The position numbers and the translations under genes were made by a program. Positions 9,240 through 16,651 of a stretch of DNA of 42,633 nt are shown here, piece after piece. The notes beneath the pieces are model-generated. The model was not told where the DNA came from. It saw nothing but the letters and a program-made list of their open reading frames with translations, and did no database searches. Every line of letters starts with the position of its first letter. The stretch's first letter is position 1. The DNA comes from a virus (Duplodnaviria; Caudoviricetes): positions 1 to 42,633 of the IMG/VR virus record IMGVR_UViG_3300049004_000034; one strand, written 5' to 3'.

Positions 9240-11036
9240 CTAGGCCGCTTTAGAGCCGTAGCGACGTTCGAGTTCAGCCAGAATACTCGCTTTCGATTCT
9301 GAGCTTCCCGAGGGCTTCTCAGATAGCCCTGCGCCAACCTGTTCCAGCTTTTTCAGAGTCCGGTGGGCTTTCTGATTCGACGTTAGCTTGATCGGGGACT
9401 TGGAGAAACCCGGCTTGTCTCTCGTCGCGGTTGCACTCGAATCTACGGTAGCTGTCGTGCCACTTGCCGAGAGGGTCATGCCGGGGAAAGATTGGGTGGC
9501 CTGTGCGGAGAAGCCGAGCTGTAGGGCCTGCTTCTTGCCGAGGCCCGGTACGTGGCCCACGCTGTACTGAGCCAGATAGCTGGCTGAAGGGGCTGGGTGG
9601 GGGCCGAGGCCTCCCGCACCGCTGTCTCCCACGCTCGTACCCCAGTATTCGTTGCCGATCTTCATGAACGTGTGCTCGCCGTTGTAGAAGACCGTCACGG
9701 CTCCGGGACCGGGCTTCAGAACCTCTCCCATCGATCCCGACGTCAGGGGTGTCTTGAGGATGCCTGCTTTGCTTAGGACCCAGGAGACGGCCCCCGAGCA
9801 GTCCAGACCGGCCGGGGCCGATTCGATTGAGCCGTGCCCGCCGCCCCAGATGTAGGGGATATGGCGCTTTGTCAGGGCCGCCGCTGCGCTCTTGATCGCC
9901 TTGAAGCGGGTTACGACCTTCTTGGGTGCTATCCCAACGTTCGCTTGCTTACCGACCGCCAACCCAAGTTTCTGGGCCTTCGCTTGGGTTGCGGCAAGCT
10001 TGCGCTGCTGGGCTGGCTTCAGCCCTCCGCGTTCGAAGGCCTTGACGATTGCGTTTGCCTGAGGCTTGACTTCGTCGTAGCGTTCGGGGAAAGCAGAGCC
10101 CTGCGCGGCCTGGGCAGCCGATCCGGCTGTGGGCGCAGTAGCAGCCCCCGGATCTGTACGCAACTCTTTGTAGAACCGATCAGCGGAGGCCTTGACGTTC
10201 CTTGGCCCTGTCGGTCCCGTTCCATAGATCGAAGTCCTCTCTTGTCGCCAACCTTCTGAGTCCGCGTCACCACCTGGAAGATTTTCAAAGTGGCTCTCGA
10301 CCAAGCCCGTCTCCGAAGCAGAAAGAAGATTCTTGCGTGTCACGTGTTTCTTCTCGCCTTGGCGCAGTACCGTCCTAGCTACGTGGCTCTCTTGCGGGGT
10401 AAGGCCTGGGAGTGGGCCGTTCGAACGTCGTGCCTTCGATTCAAGCCGCTTGAGAGTCCGGGCGGTCCTCCGAACGGCCGGAGTCGTGACGAAGCCCTTA
10501 CGATTCGTAAGTAGTTTCCCGCTACTCGAAGCTACTTGCAATTCTTTCAAGCTGGGCGTACCAGCCGTCTTGACCCCCTGAAACTTCGGAGGTTTATAGC
10601 TCGGAGACTTGGGCCTCATCTGTGCACTGGCCCTTTCGCCTCCGAGCGGTTTGGACGATATCACCGTCTTCGTAGTCATCGGCGTATCGCGCTTAGCCAA
10701 CGCTGCCGCAGAGGGTCGTGAGGCCCGCTGCTGGCTTCTGCGATGGAACCCCAGGGCTGAAGCCTGCTGAGCCTCTACGCGGCTTACACGGCGCCTGCCA
10801 GCTCGTGAGCGCTGCTTAGCTTGAACTGCGGCATGTGGAGAGGAGAAGCCTGAGGTCGTTACGTGACCCGTGGGGCTGGTCGTGACGATGGTGGTCGGCG
10901 CTCGCCGGATCTTCGCGCCCTTGGGCTTTGAGCCAGAGCCTGAGTAGCTGCGAGTCTTCGGGTTGTAGGTCGTCGTCCCTTTGCGGGTGGGGTAGGAGAC
11001 GGGGGACTCGCCGGGACGGCCTGAGACGAAGGGCAC
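9240..11036 (-). CDS. Virion-associated peptidoglycan hydrolase (lysozyme-like domain plus NlpC/P60 peptidase)
   Basis: ETGLVES...GGDADSEGWRQER...AQAAQGSAFPERY lysozyme-like motif; PYIWGGGH...GLDCSG...H NlpC/P60; basic low-complexity N-terminus. Confidence 0.8.
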   Translation of the reverse strand: MPFVSGRPGESPVSYPTRKGTTTYNPKTRSYSGSGSKPKGAKIRRAPTTIVTTSPTGHVTTSGFSSPHAAVQAKQRSRAGRRRVSRVEAQQASALGFHRRSQQRASRPSAAALAKRDTPMTTKTVISSKPLGGERASAQMRPKSPSYKPPKFQGVKTAGTPSLKELQVASSSGKLLTNRKGFVTTPAVRRTARTLKRLESKARRSNGPLPGLTPQESHVARTVLRQGEKKHVTRKNLLSASETGLVESHFENLPGGDADSEGWRQERTSIYGTGPTGPRNVKASADRFYKELRTDPGAATAPTAGSAAQAAQGSAFPERYDEVKPQANAIVKAFERGGLKPAQQRKLAATQAKAQKLGLAVGKQANVGIAPKKVVTRFKAIKSAAAALTKRHIPYIWGGGHGSIESAPAGLDCSGAVSWVLSKAGILKTPLTSGSMGEVLKPGPGAVTVFYNGEHTFMKIGNEYWGTSVGDSGAGGLGPHPAPSASYLAQYSVGHVPGLGKKQALQLGFSAQATQSFPGMTLSASGTTATVDSSATATRDKPGFSKSPIKLTSNQKAHRTLKKLEQVGAGLSEKPSGSSESKASILAELERRYGSKAA

Positions 11037-11200
11037 TAGGAACGCCTGATCTTGCGTTTAGGCCGCTTGACCTTGCGAACGTGCTGGAGATGGGGCACAT
11101 GAGAGCCGTGCGCGTCTTTGACGAATTTCTGCGCCCAGGGGACGCCTTCGTTGGCCTTCGCATGAATGTATTTACTTTGGGATATGCTGGAGTAAGGAAT
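11036..11200 (-). CDS. Small basic protein (possible ATT start; alternative TTG at 11221)
   Basis: GGAG-8nt-ATT CCT TAC TCC; K/R-rich C-terminus; stop abuts next start. Confidence 0.6.
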   Translation of the reverse strand: MPYSSISQSKYIHAKANEGVPWAQKFVKDAHGSHVPHLQHVRKVKRPKRKIRRS

Positions 11201-11214
11201 GGTATATTCTCCGT

Positions 11215-11823
11215 ATGCCAAGACACGCGAATAAGACTAGCTTCAAGAAAGGTCATACGCCCTCCGATGCTGAAAAGCGCAAAAGGAGCGAGTCCCTCAA
11301 AGCACGATACGCGGCGCAGGGCTTCGGGCCACCACGCAATTCATGGACCGAGGAGTCTAGACGAAAGCTACGAAAGACTCAGCGAAAACGAGCTAAAGAA
11401 CAGCGCGAAGAAAGACTTGGAAAGACCCGGCTCCAGAATGGGTATCGGCAGATCATGACCCTAGATGGCTATCGCTACGAGCATCGGGTCGTCATGGAAG
11501 AACATCTTGGGCGGTCTCTGCAGAGCAATGAACTCGTCCATCATCGCAACCATGACCGGCTGGATAATCGGATTGAGAACCTTGAACTAATGCAAGGCCA
11601 TAGCTCACACATGAAATTGCATGGGAGGTCTGAGTTCGGCAAAGAACAAGGTCCGCTATCCAGACTGGAAGCCGGGGAGTGGTCCCGACACTTTGAGTCA
11701 TGCGCATCCTGCGGGACGACCAAACGCCGATACGCTGGACGTGGGCTTTGCTGGAAATGCTACGAAAGAGCGAGAAAGTCCGGCGCGCTACCCAGCGTCA
11801 GCGACGGACGAAGACGCGCTTGA
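11215..11823 (+). CDS. Free-standing HNH homing endonuclease (NUMOD3-like N-terminus, C-terminal CxxC...CxxC)
   Basis: SFKKGHTP; YEHRVVMEEHLGR...VHHRNHDRLDNRIENLEL; leaderless TATATT-N6-ATG. Confidence 0.9.
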   Translation: MPRHANKTSFKKGHTPSDAEKRKRSESLKARYAAQGFGPPRNSWTEESRRKLRKTQRKRAKEQREERLGKTRLQNGYRQIMTLDGYRYEHRVVMEEHLGRSLQSNELVHHRNHDRLDNRIENLELMQGHSSHMKLHGRSEFGKEQGPLSRLEAGEWSRHFESCASCGTTKRRYAGRGLCWKCYERARKSGALPSVSDGRRRA

Positions 11824-11863
11824 CGACCGTGAGCAAGGCTTTTACTGGGCACATCAATCTCCT

Positions 11864-12193
11864 CTAAGTTTTCAGCGTCTCTTCGAGCCTGCGTTTCGCC
11901 TCACGGCGGGCTTCGGCCATTGTGCAGGCCGTTAGATCGCCTCGATTCGGCTGTTCGGCGTAAATCCCTCGCGCCAGTTCCTCCACGTCCACGGCGTTCT
12001 CGGGATCGCCCTGGGGATTCTCCAGCTTCTCGTCTCGCTGGTTGCGAGTCTTCCTGGCCTTCGCCAGGCCGAGCTTCCCTCGTACGTAATCGGAGGTATT
12101 GAGATTGGCTTCTCTCGCCTGTCGGTCGAGCTGGTTCTTCTCCCAGACGACGAGGGGCAAGATGAAACGAACGTTGCGAAGCGGCTTACTCAT
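11864..12193 (-). CDS. Ribbon-helix-helix (MobC/CopG-like) DNA-binding protein
   Basis: VRFILPL..EKNQLDRQAREANLNTSDYVR; ATGA-coupled. Confidence 0.65.
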   Translation of the reverse strand: MSKPLRNVRFILPLVVWEKNQLDRQAREANLNTSDYVRGKLGLAKARKTRNQRDEKLENPQGDPENAVDVEELARGIYAEQPNRGDLTACTMAEARREAKRRLEETLKT

Positions 12194-12528
12194 CGACAGG
12201 CGAAAAGCGCCTGCTTGGCGCATCCGAAGTAAGGCGTCTTTTCGGCTGGCGAGAGGCCCGCCCACTCCCGCCCGCGGTCCGAGGTCCCGGCAGACATCCG
12301 CCGGACGGCTTTGAAGAAGTGCTCGGCCATCGTCTCAACTGCCTCGTCACTCTGTAGCACCTCCTTAAGCCGCTGACGCTCCTGGTCGGCTCCCTGTTTG
12401 CGGAGGGCGGGGGCAACGGCGGCCACTACGTCATCCAGATCACTTTGGTCGCTTTCCACATCGATGACCAGGCCGTTTTTGCATGCCGTCGACCACGCGG
12501 CGGTCAAAGCTTCTTTCGGTAGCTCCAT
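12190..12528 (-). CDS. Hypothetical protein (leaderless)
   Basis: TAGGCT (12535-12540)-N6-ATG. Confidence 0.75.
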   Translation of the reverse strand: MELPKEALTAAWSTACKNGLVIDVESDQSDLDDVVAAVAPALRKQGADQERQRLKEVLQSDEAVETMAEHFFKAVRRMSAGTSDRGREWAGLSPAEKTPYFGCAKQALFACR

Positions 12529-12537
12529 GCCGGGAGC

Positions 12538-12696
12538 CTAGCAGATTGTGTCCATAATCACGACAAGCTCCCAAAGACCGTCTTCCCGTTCGCGCCACTG
12601 CCCAACGTTACGAGACTTCCCGGTCTCGTCCTCGACCTCTACGAATACAAAGGTCGCTCCGGGCTTGCGATCGAAGACGAAGCGAAGCTCTTTCAT
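12538..12696 (-). CDS. Small hypothetical protein
   Basis: MKELRFVFD...FVEVEDETGKS..VGQW; ATGA-coupled to upstream gene. Confidence 0.7.
   Translation of the reverse strand: MKELRFVFDRKPGATFVFVEVEDETGKSRNVGQWREREDGLWELVVIMDTIC
12545..12558. promoter_or_regulatory. Palindromic operator ATTGTG-TC-CATAAT just upstream of the -10 box of the 12528 gene
   Basis: Exact copy of 8662-8675. Confidence 0.65.
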
Positions 12697-13118
12697 GCCG
12701 TTCGATAGGTCGTCGGCGGAACCGGGGCGTAGCCCTCGCGCTGGGGGATCTTCTCCAAGACCTCCCCCTTCTTGACCTTCGCCCATTCCTCTCCGGCCTG
12801 ATGCCTGGCTGTTACGCCGGGCCAGCGTCTCTCAACGTCTCTGTGAAGTTCGGTAATGCGCTCGTAGAGATAGCGTACGTAGTCGTCGCGGGAGGCGTCT
12901 TCAGGAACGAGAAGCGCCTCTACGTCCTCCAGCGCCGGAGGGGTCTCGTGGCCCTCAAATTCAAGGGTGTCTCCCACGCTGGGCGTCGGGCCGACTATGG
13001 AGCAGGTTCGAACGTAATCGGAAGTCTTTTGGCCAAACTCCTCGGCCAGGACCTCAATCCGTTCCTTCTCCTCGGTTGTGGCCCGGAACTTGATGGTCTC
13101 GCTTCTAGTTTCTGTCAT
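12693..13118 (-). CDS. Ribbon-helix-helix (MobC-like) DNA-binding protein
   Basis: TIKFRATTEEKERIEVLAEEFGQKTSDYVR; leaderless TACCGT-N6-ATG. Confidence 0.75.
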   Translation of the reverse strand: MTETRSETIKFRATTEEKERIEVLAEEFGQKTSDYVRTCSIVGPTPSVGDTLEFEGHETPPALEDVEALLVPEDASRDDYVRYLYERITELHRDVERRWPGVTARHQAGEEWAKVKKGEVLEKIPQREGYAPVPPTTYRTA

Positions 13119-13285
13119 GTGGCCACGGTAGCAGAGGACCACAGTGTTTGTGGCCACAGAGGGCTATTGGTTCCCAGCTAGTGCATCTCTGGCTTATAAA
13201 GATATTAGCTACGCACGCACAGCCGACCCACTCCCCCGCCCCCTATGGCTTGCTAGAGCGGTTTGAGGTTGATCAGCGCTCAGGC

Positions 13286-13372
13286 CTACTCGTGCTCAGC
13301 GCCGCAGCGTGCGCACTTGAGCCTGTCGATCTCCAGCCAGGACAAGAGGCGATAGCACGCTCTACATCGCAT
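13286..13372 (-). CDS. 28-aa zinc-ribbon microprotein
   Basis: MRCRACYRLLSWLEIDRLKCARCGAEHE; TAGGCT-N6-ATG. Confidence 0.65.
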   Translation of the reverse strand: MRCRACYRLLSWLEIDRLKCARCGAEHE

Positions 13373-13386
13373 GGCTACAGCCTAGC

Positions 13387-13515
13387 TCATCTGGCTCTGT
13401 AATGCGGGTTAGCGCTGTTTACAAGCGCGTAGGTACGAGCGCAACGTAGACATAGCGCCAGGTACCTCGCAGGTCGTAGTGCTCCACAGCGCTCACAGCG
13501 CGGGTCTGCGCTCAT
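13387..13515 (-). CDS. 42-aa zinc-ribbon microprotein
   Basis: MSADPRCERCGALRPARYLALCLRCARTYALVNSANPHYRAR. Confidence 0.55.
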   Translation of the reverse strand: MSADPRCERCGALRPARYLALCLRCARTYALVNSANPHYRAR

Positions 13516-13614
13516 GCCTGGATACCCCTGAGACGCTCTGTAAGACGTTCTAACGGCAATCGAGGGTCTCCTGGTAGGAAGCTATTCATTTAGCTCTAGG
13601 AGTGGCTTAGAAGG

Positions 13615-13767
13615 CTATTTGACAGGACGAGAGAGAGCATCTTGTTGTAGCAAGTACCTTACGTAAGCGCTAAAGCTGCTTCCGTGGTTCTTAGCCTGTC
13701 TCTCTACCGCAGCGCGTTCCTTAGCGCTCATGCGAAGTCTTAGTTGTCCGTGCTTGTGTTCTGGCAT
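13615..13767 (-). CDS. 50-aa ribbon-helix-helix protein
   Basis: MPEHKHGQLRLRMSAKERAAVERQAKNHGSSFSAYVRYLLQQDALSRPVK. Confidence 0.7.
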   Translation of the reverse strand: MPEHKHGQLRLRMSAKERAAVERQAKNHGSSFSAYVRYLLQQDALSRPVK

Positions 13768-13788
13768 GTAGCAACGAAGGTCGAAGGA

Positions 13789-13884
13789 CTAAATCTGAGA
13801 TGCGCCGCAATTCGGGCACTTACCCAACGTGCCGAGATGCCAGCCGCACTTGCAGATCCTTGGTTCTCTGCTCTCATCGCTCAT
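13789..13884 (-). CDS. 31-aa zinc-binding microprotein
   Basis: MSDESREPRICKCGWHLGTLGKCPNCGASQI; TAGGAT-N7-ATG. Confidence 0.65.
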   Translation of the reverse strand: MSDESREPRICKCGWHLGTLGKCPNCGASQI

Positions 13885-13916
13885 AGCCTCAATCCTACCA
13901 GCAAACCGCTCTGTGT

Positions 13917-13945
13917 TTGCTTTTCAGGTTCTTAGGGTCTACAGT
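13917..13945 (+). promoter_or_regulatory. Sigma70-type promoter of the + strand small-gene (early-like) operon
   Basis: TTGCTT-17bp-TACAGT, divergent from TAGGAT at 13892-13897. Confidence 0.55.
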
Positions 13946-13978
13946 GCAGTAGAAGACAACAACTAGCGAGAAGGACGA

Positions 13979-14164
13979 ATGAACTGGAGAGAGTTGGAGC
14001 AAGAGGCCATGATCGCGGCCGAGGAAGCACGCCGTCACTCCTTCGAAAGCCACACGATCAACGACCTACGTAGATGGCGTGATGAAGCCGAAAAGGCCGG
14101 TGAGCACGGTGTGGCTGACGAGATAGCCCGAGCGTTTGATCGCAAGATGGCCCCTCATGCTTGA
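13979..14164 (+). CDS. Hypothetical early protein
   Basis: AAGGA RBS; first of tightly coupled small ORFs. Confidence 0.75.
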   Translation: MNWRELEQEAMIAAEEARRHSFESHTINDLRRWRDEAEKAGEHGVADEIARAFDRKMAPHA

Positions 14165-14351
14165 CCAACGCTCACTGGCCGAGAAGAGCGCTGACCTGGA
14201 GCTTGAGATCGTGCGCTCTGACCTAACGGCTCAGGGCGAAGAGCTTGAGAAGGAAGGACTCCACGAGCCTGAAATCCTCGGAGCCTTCTGCGAACAGCTC
14301 GAAGAACGGCTCGCTCACCTGTACCGCGAGCTTTACGAGATCGGAGTCTGA
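14157..14351 (+). CDS. Hypothetical acidic protein
   Basis: Overlaps upstream stop. Confidence 0.7.
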   Translation: MLDQRSLAEKSADLELEIVRSDLTAQGEELEKEGLHEPEILGAFCEQLEERLAHLYRELYEIGV

Positions 14352-14491
14352 TGTTCGGTCTCCGGATCGAAATCTACGCCGATGACCTCAACGGAGTGAC
14401 CTACCAACTTCATGGCAAGGAATCGATCATGTACAAGGCGTGGCAATCCGGATTCGAGGACGAAGCCGACTACATGCCCTTCGGATGCTAG
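14351..14491 (+). CDS. 46-aa hypothetical protein
   Basis: GGAG RBS, TGATG coupling; MFGLRIEIYADDL. Confidence 0.65.
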   Translation: MFGLRIEIYADDLNGVTYQLHGKESIMYKAWQSGFEDEADYMPFGC

Positions 14492-14551
14492 ACGCCAACG
14501 TTTCTCGCAAAGCCCCTGCAGAGCGTCTTAAGTCTAAGAAAGGACAAGACA

Positions 14552-14734
14552 GTGGCTGACACTCAGAAGACAACAAAAGCCGCTAGAGAGGCTCTTACGG
14601 CTTCTCAGAAGATACCAGTTCTTTTGACCAGGGAAGAGTTGGGATATTGCCTTGGCTTTAGTAAGCCGATGGTCAAACTCTCCGACATCAACAGGAAGTT
14701 TAGAGCCGCTCTGGGAAGGCTTGAAAATGACTAA
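14552..14734 (+). CDS. Hypothetical protein
   Basis: AAGGA RBS, GTG start. Confidence 0.65.
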   Translation: MADTQKTTKAAREALTASQKIPVLLTREELGYCLGFSKPMVKLSDINRKFRAALGRLEND

Positions 14735-14891
14735 GACAAATCCTCGCTACACCGTCGAGCTGACGACTGAGGGATGGCAGATCAAGGACAACGAGAAGAA
14801 CAACTACGGCGGAGACGCTTACGGCTCAAAGGCTATCGCTGAAGCTGAGGCAGACGCTGCTAATCGTTTTGAAACGGACTGGCCTAGCTGA
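14727..14891 (+). CDS. Hypothetical protein
   Basis: MTKTNPRYTVE...WQIKD; overlaps upstream stop. Confidence 0.7.
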   Translation: MTKTNPRYTVELTTEGWQIKDNEKNNYGGDAYGSKAIAEAEADAANRFETDWPS

Positions 14892-14962
14892 TGGACCGCT
14901 CTGACGTCCTAGGCATCCTTCTCGGAGCCTGCGTGATCTTCGTCCTGGTTCACTGGATCTAG
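14891..14962 (+). CDS. 23-aa single-TM peptide
   Basis: MDRSDVLGILLGACVIFVLVHWI; coupled at both ends. Confidence 0.55.
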   Translation: MDRSDVLGILLGACVIFVLVHWI

Positions 14963-15141
14963 TGGCCGGGCTAACGCAAGCGGAGTTCGAAGCCTACGCA
15001 GCGCTGGCTTGGAAGTGCAGGCTGATCAACAAAGACCAGTTCGAGCTTCTTCGCAAAGAACACAAGCGCCTTGAGGGCTGGCCTTTCGCACAGGCTGTCA
15101 AGTGCCTCGAAGACGAAATGCGCTTCGAAGGGCGATTGTGA
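14962..15141 (+). CDS. 59-aa hypothetical protein
   Basis: GTG coupled to upstream TAG; GTGA overlap downstream. Confidence 0.6.
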   Translation: MAGLTQAEFEAYAALAWKCRLINKDQFELLRKEHKRLEGWPFAQAVKCLEDEMRFEGRL

Positions 15142-15356
15142 CTGAGCCAAGCGCTGAACAAATCAGAGCCGAACTGAGCCGTATCGGCTACGAGAAGGTC
15201 AAGGCCCGCGGCGCAAAGAACAAGAACGCCGTTGAACTCAAGCAATGGCTGCTTGAGGCTCGGCACAACCCAGAGGTATCGATGAACGAAGCGATCAAGC
15301 TGGCTGGGACGTATTGGTCCGTTGCCAAACACCTAGGGCTACTGGAGGAGAAATGA
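15138..15356 (+). CDS. Hypothetical protein
   Basis: GTGA coupling. Confidence 0.65.
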   Translation: MTEPSAEQIRAELSRIGYEKVKARGAKNKNAVELKQWLLEARHNPEVSMNEAIKLAGTYWSVAKHLGLLEEK

Positions 15357-15562
15357 CGGTAGGCGAGCTACGCAAAGCACTTGAGAAGTACGACCAAGAC
15401 GCCCTTGTGCTCACTCGCGGATACGAGGACGGCTACGTCGCTGCTGCGCCCGAGACCGAGTTCATGGCCTATCAGAAATCAAGCGCCTGGTACTACGGCG
15501 ATTGGTGGGAGGTCATGGATGCCAAAGACGGCCCGGGACAAAAAGCGCTCTACATCGGCTAA
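15353..15562 (+). CDS. Hypothetical protein (MTVGEL...L N-terminus)
   Basis: GGAGGAG RBS; ATGA coupling. Confidence 0.75.
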   Translation: MTVGELRKALEKYDQDALVLTRGYEDGYVAAAPETEFMAYQKSSAWYYGDWWEVMDAKDGPGQKALYIG

Positions 15563-16089
15563 GCCGCTGAGTCCTCAATCTCCTCAGCCGTTCCCTCAAG
15601 CACTTCCCCTGGCAAGAGAACGCGAACGCCCTTGTTGGCCAGGTTGGCGATGTTCTGCGTGATGTTGACCTGAACCGTAGGTGTCTGCTCTTCGTCGAGC
15701 TGCTGGCCCTTATCGGTATGGATCGCTGAGCCAAGGCCAGCTTTGCCCTTGAGCGTCAGTTCAGCCTCGGGCTTAAGCTCTCCAGCCTTCATCTTCTTCT
15801 TGAGGCGCTTCGTGACTTCCTGCTCAAGTTCCAGGTCCCTGATGGCCGCTGCGTGATGTTTGTCGGCAAGGAATTCTTTTACGTCCTGCGCTCGTTTGAC
15901 GCGAGCTGCGCGGTACTTGCCGGGGTGTTCAACTCGCGCAAGCTTCTTGAGGCGGTCCTTGGAGACCGGAAAACCTTCATCGCCTAGCTGGCGCGTTGTA
16001 GCGGCCAGGTTGCCTGCGTTGACGGCCAGGGACTCCAGGATGTGCTCTATCTCGGGGACAGAGAGGGTGCGTTGGAGGGCTGTGTTCAT
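15559..16089 (-). CDS. HTH protein, candidate terminase small subunit
   Basis: N-terminal HTH-like GNLAATTRQL..VSKDRLKK, helical middle, IHTDK..L and VQVNI tail. Confidence 0.5.
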   Translation of the reverse strand: MNTALQRTLSVPEIEHILESLAVNAGNLAATTRQLGDEGFPVSKDRLKKLARVEHPGKYRAARVKRAQDVKEFLADKHHAAAIRDLELEQEVTKRLKKKMKAGELKPEAELTLKGKAGLGSAIHTDKGQQLDEEQTPTVQVNITQNIANLANKGVRVLLPGEVLEGTAEEIEDSAA

Positions 16090-16262
16090 CGGTACATCTG
16101 CCTTGTGAAGAAGCGCCTAGCTATGAGTTCAGAACGCGTAGGGTCCCAGGGTCGCTTAGGCCACTCCCAGGTTGCTTGAGCTAGATCTGGCCCAACGTCC
16201 CAACCACAGAGCGGGTGTGCCCAAGCGGCCAGTGGAAGATCCTGAAGGTCGTACGGCCTCAT
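16086..16262 (-). CDS. Trp/Pro-rich small protein (leaderless)
   Basis: TAGGAT-N7-ATG; ATGA overlap with downstream gene. Confidence 0.55.
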   Translation of the reverse strand: MRPYDLQDLPLAAWAHPLCGWDVGPDLAQATWEWPKRPWDPTRSELIARRFFTRQMYR

Positions 16263-16299
16263 ACCCATGATCCTATCTCAAGAACTACGAAAAGAGAAG

Positions 16300-16380
16300 T
16301 GGACGCGCGGGGACTTGAACCCCGATCCGATTGGCGAGACTCGTCAGTCCCGGTCGGCAACTGATCCGCAGATCGCGCCC
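16300..16380 (-). ncRNA. tRNA-like RNA with Ala identity (G3-U70, A73) and non-canonical D/anticodon region
   Basis: Acceptor GGGCGCG/CGCGTCC+A; T-arm CGGGG-TTCAAGT-CCCCG; TACAAT -10 exactly 6 nt before G1; CCA not encoded. Confidence 0.8.
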
Positions 16381-16395
16381 ACCCACATTGTATCG

Positions 16396-16651
16396 AAAAC
16401 TCCACCGCTCGCGGATCAACGGCGAGGAGGCTCTACGAGCGGTGGCATTGCGGGAGAGAACCGCAAAAGGTGCCCCTCGGCTGTCATGACAGCGCTCGCA
16501 ATTAAGCTCGTAAGGGGCATGAAGTCTAAGACGGGTGCTCGATGGTCCCGTTTCGCACGGGACTGTGATCTAGCTGCTCTATCTCCCACTGGAATGTGGG
16601 CGAACCACTCCCGGCGACCGGGTGAGCGCGATCTTATGGCGCTCCAGCTAA
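16396..16651 (-). ncRNA. Candidate highly structured ncRNA
   Basis: Extended -10 TGcTATGTT (16658-16666); 4-way junction closed by TAGCTG/CAGCTA, then four more stems ending in a 10-bp stem + GTTTT. Confidence 0.55.

Noticed and set aside
16330-16350. Hammerhead ribozyme (CTGACGA on minus strand)
   Set aside because: No GAAA after stem II and no matching stems I/III
16300-16380. Canonical tRNA-Ala, full tmRNA, or attP core
   Set aside because: No 7-nt anticodon loop; no room for a tag ORF or pseudoknots between the acceptor strands; no integrase in the genome
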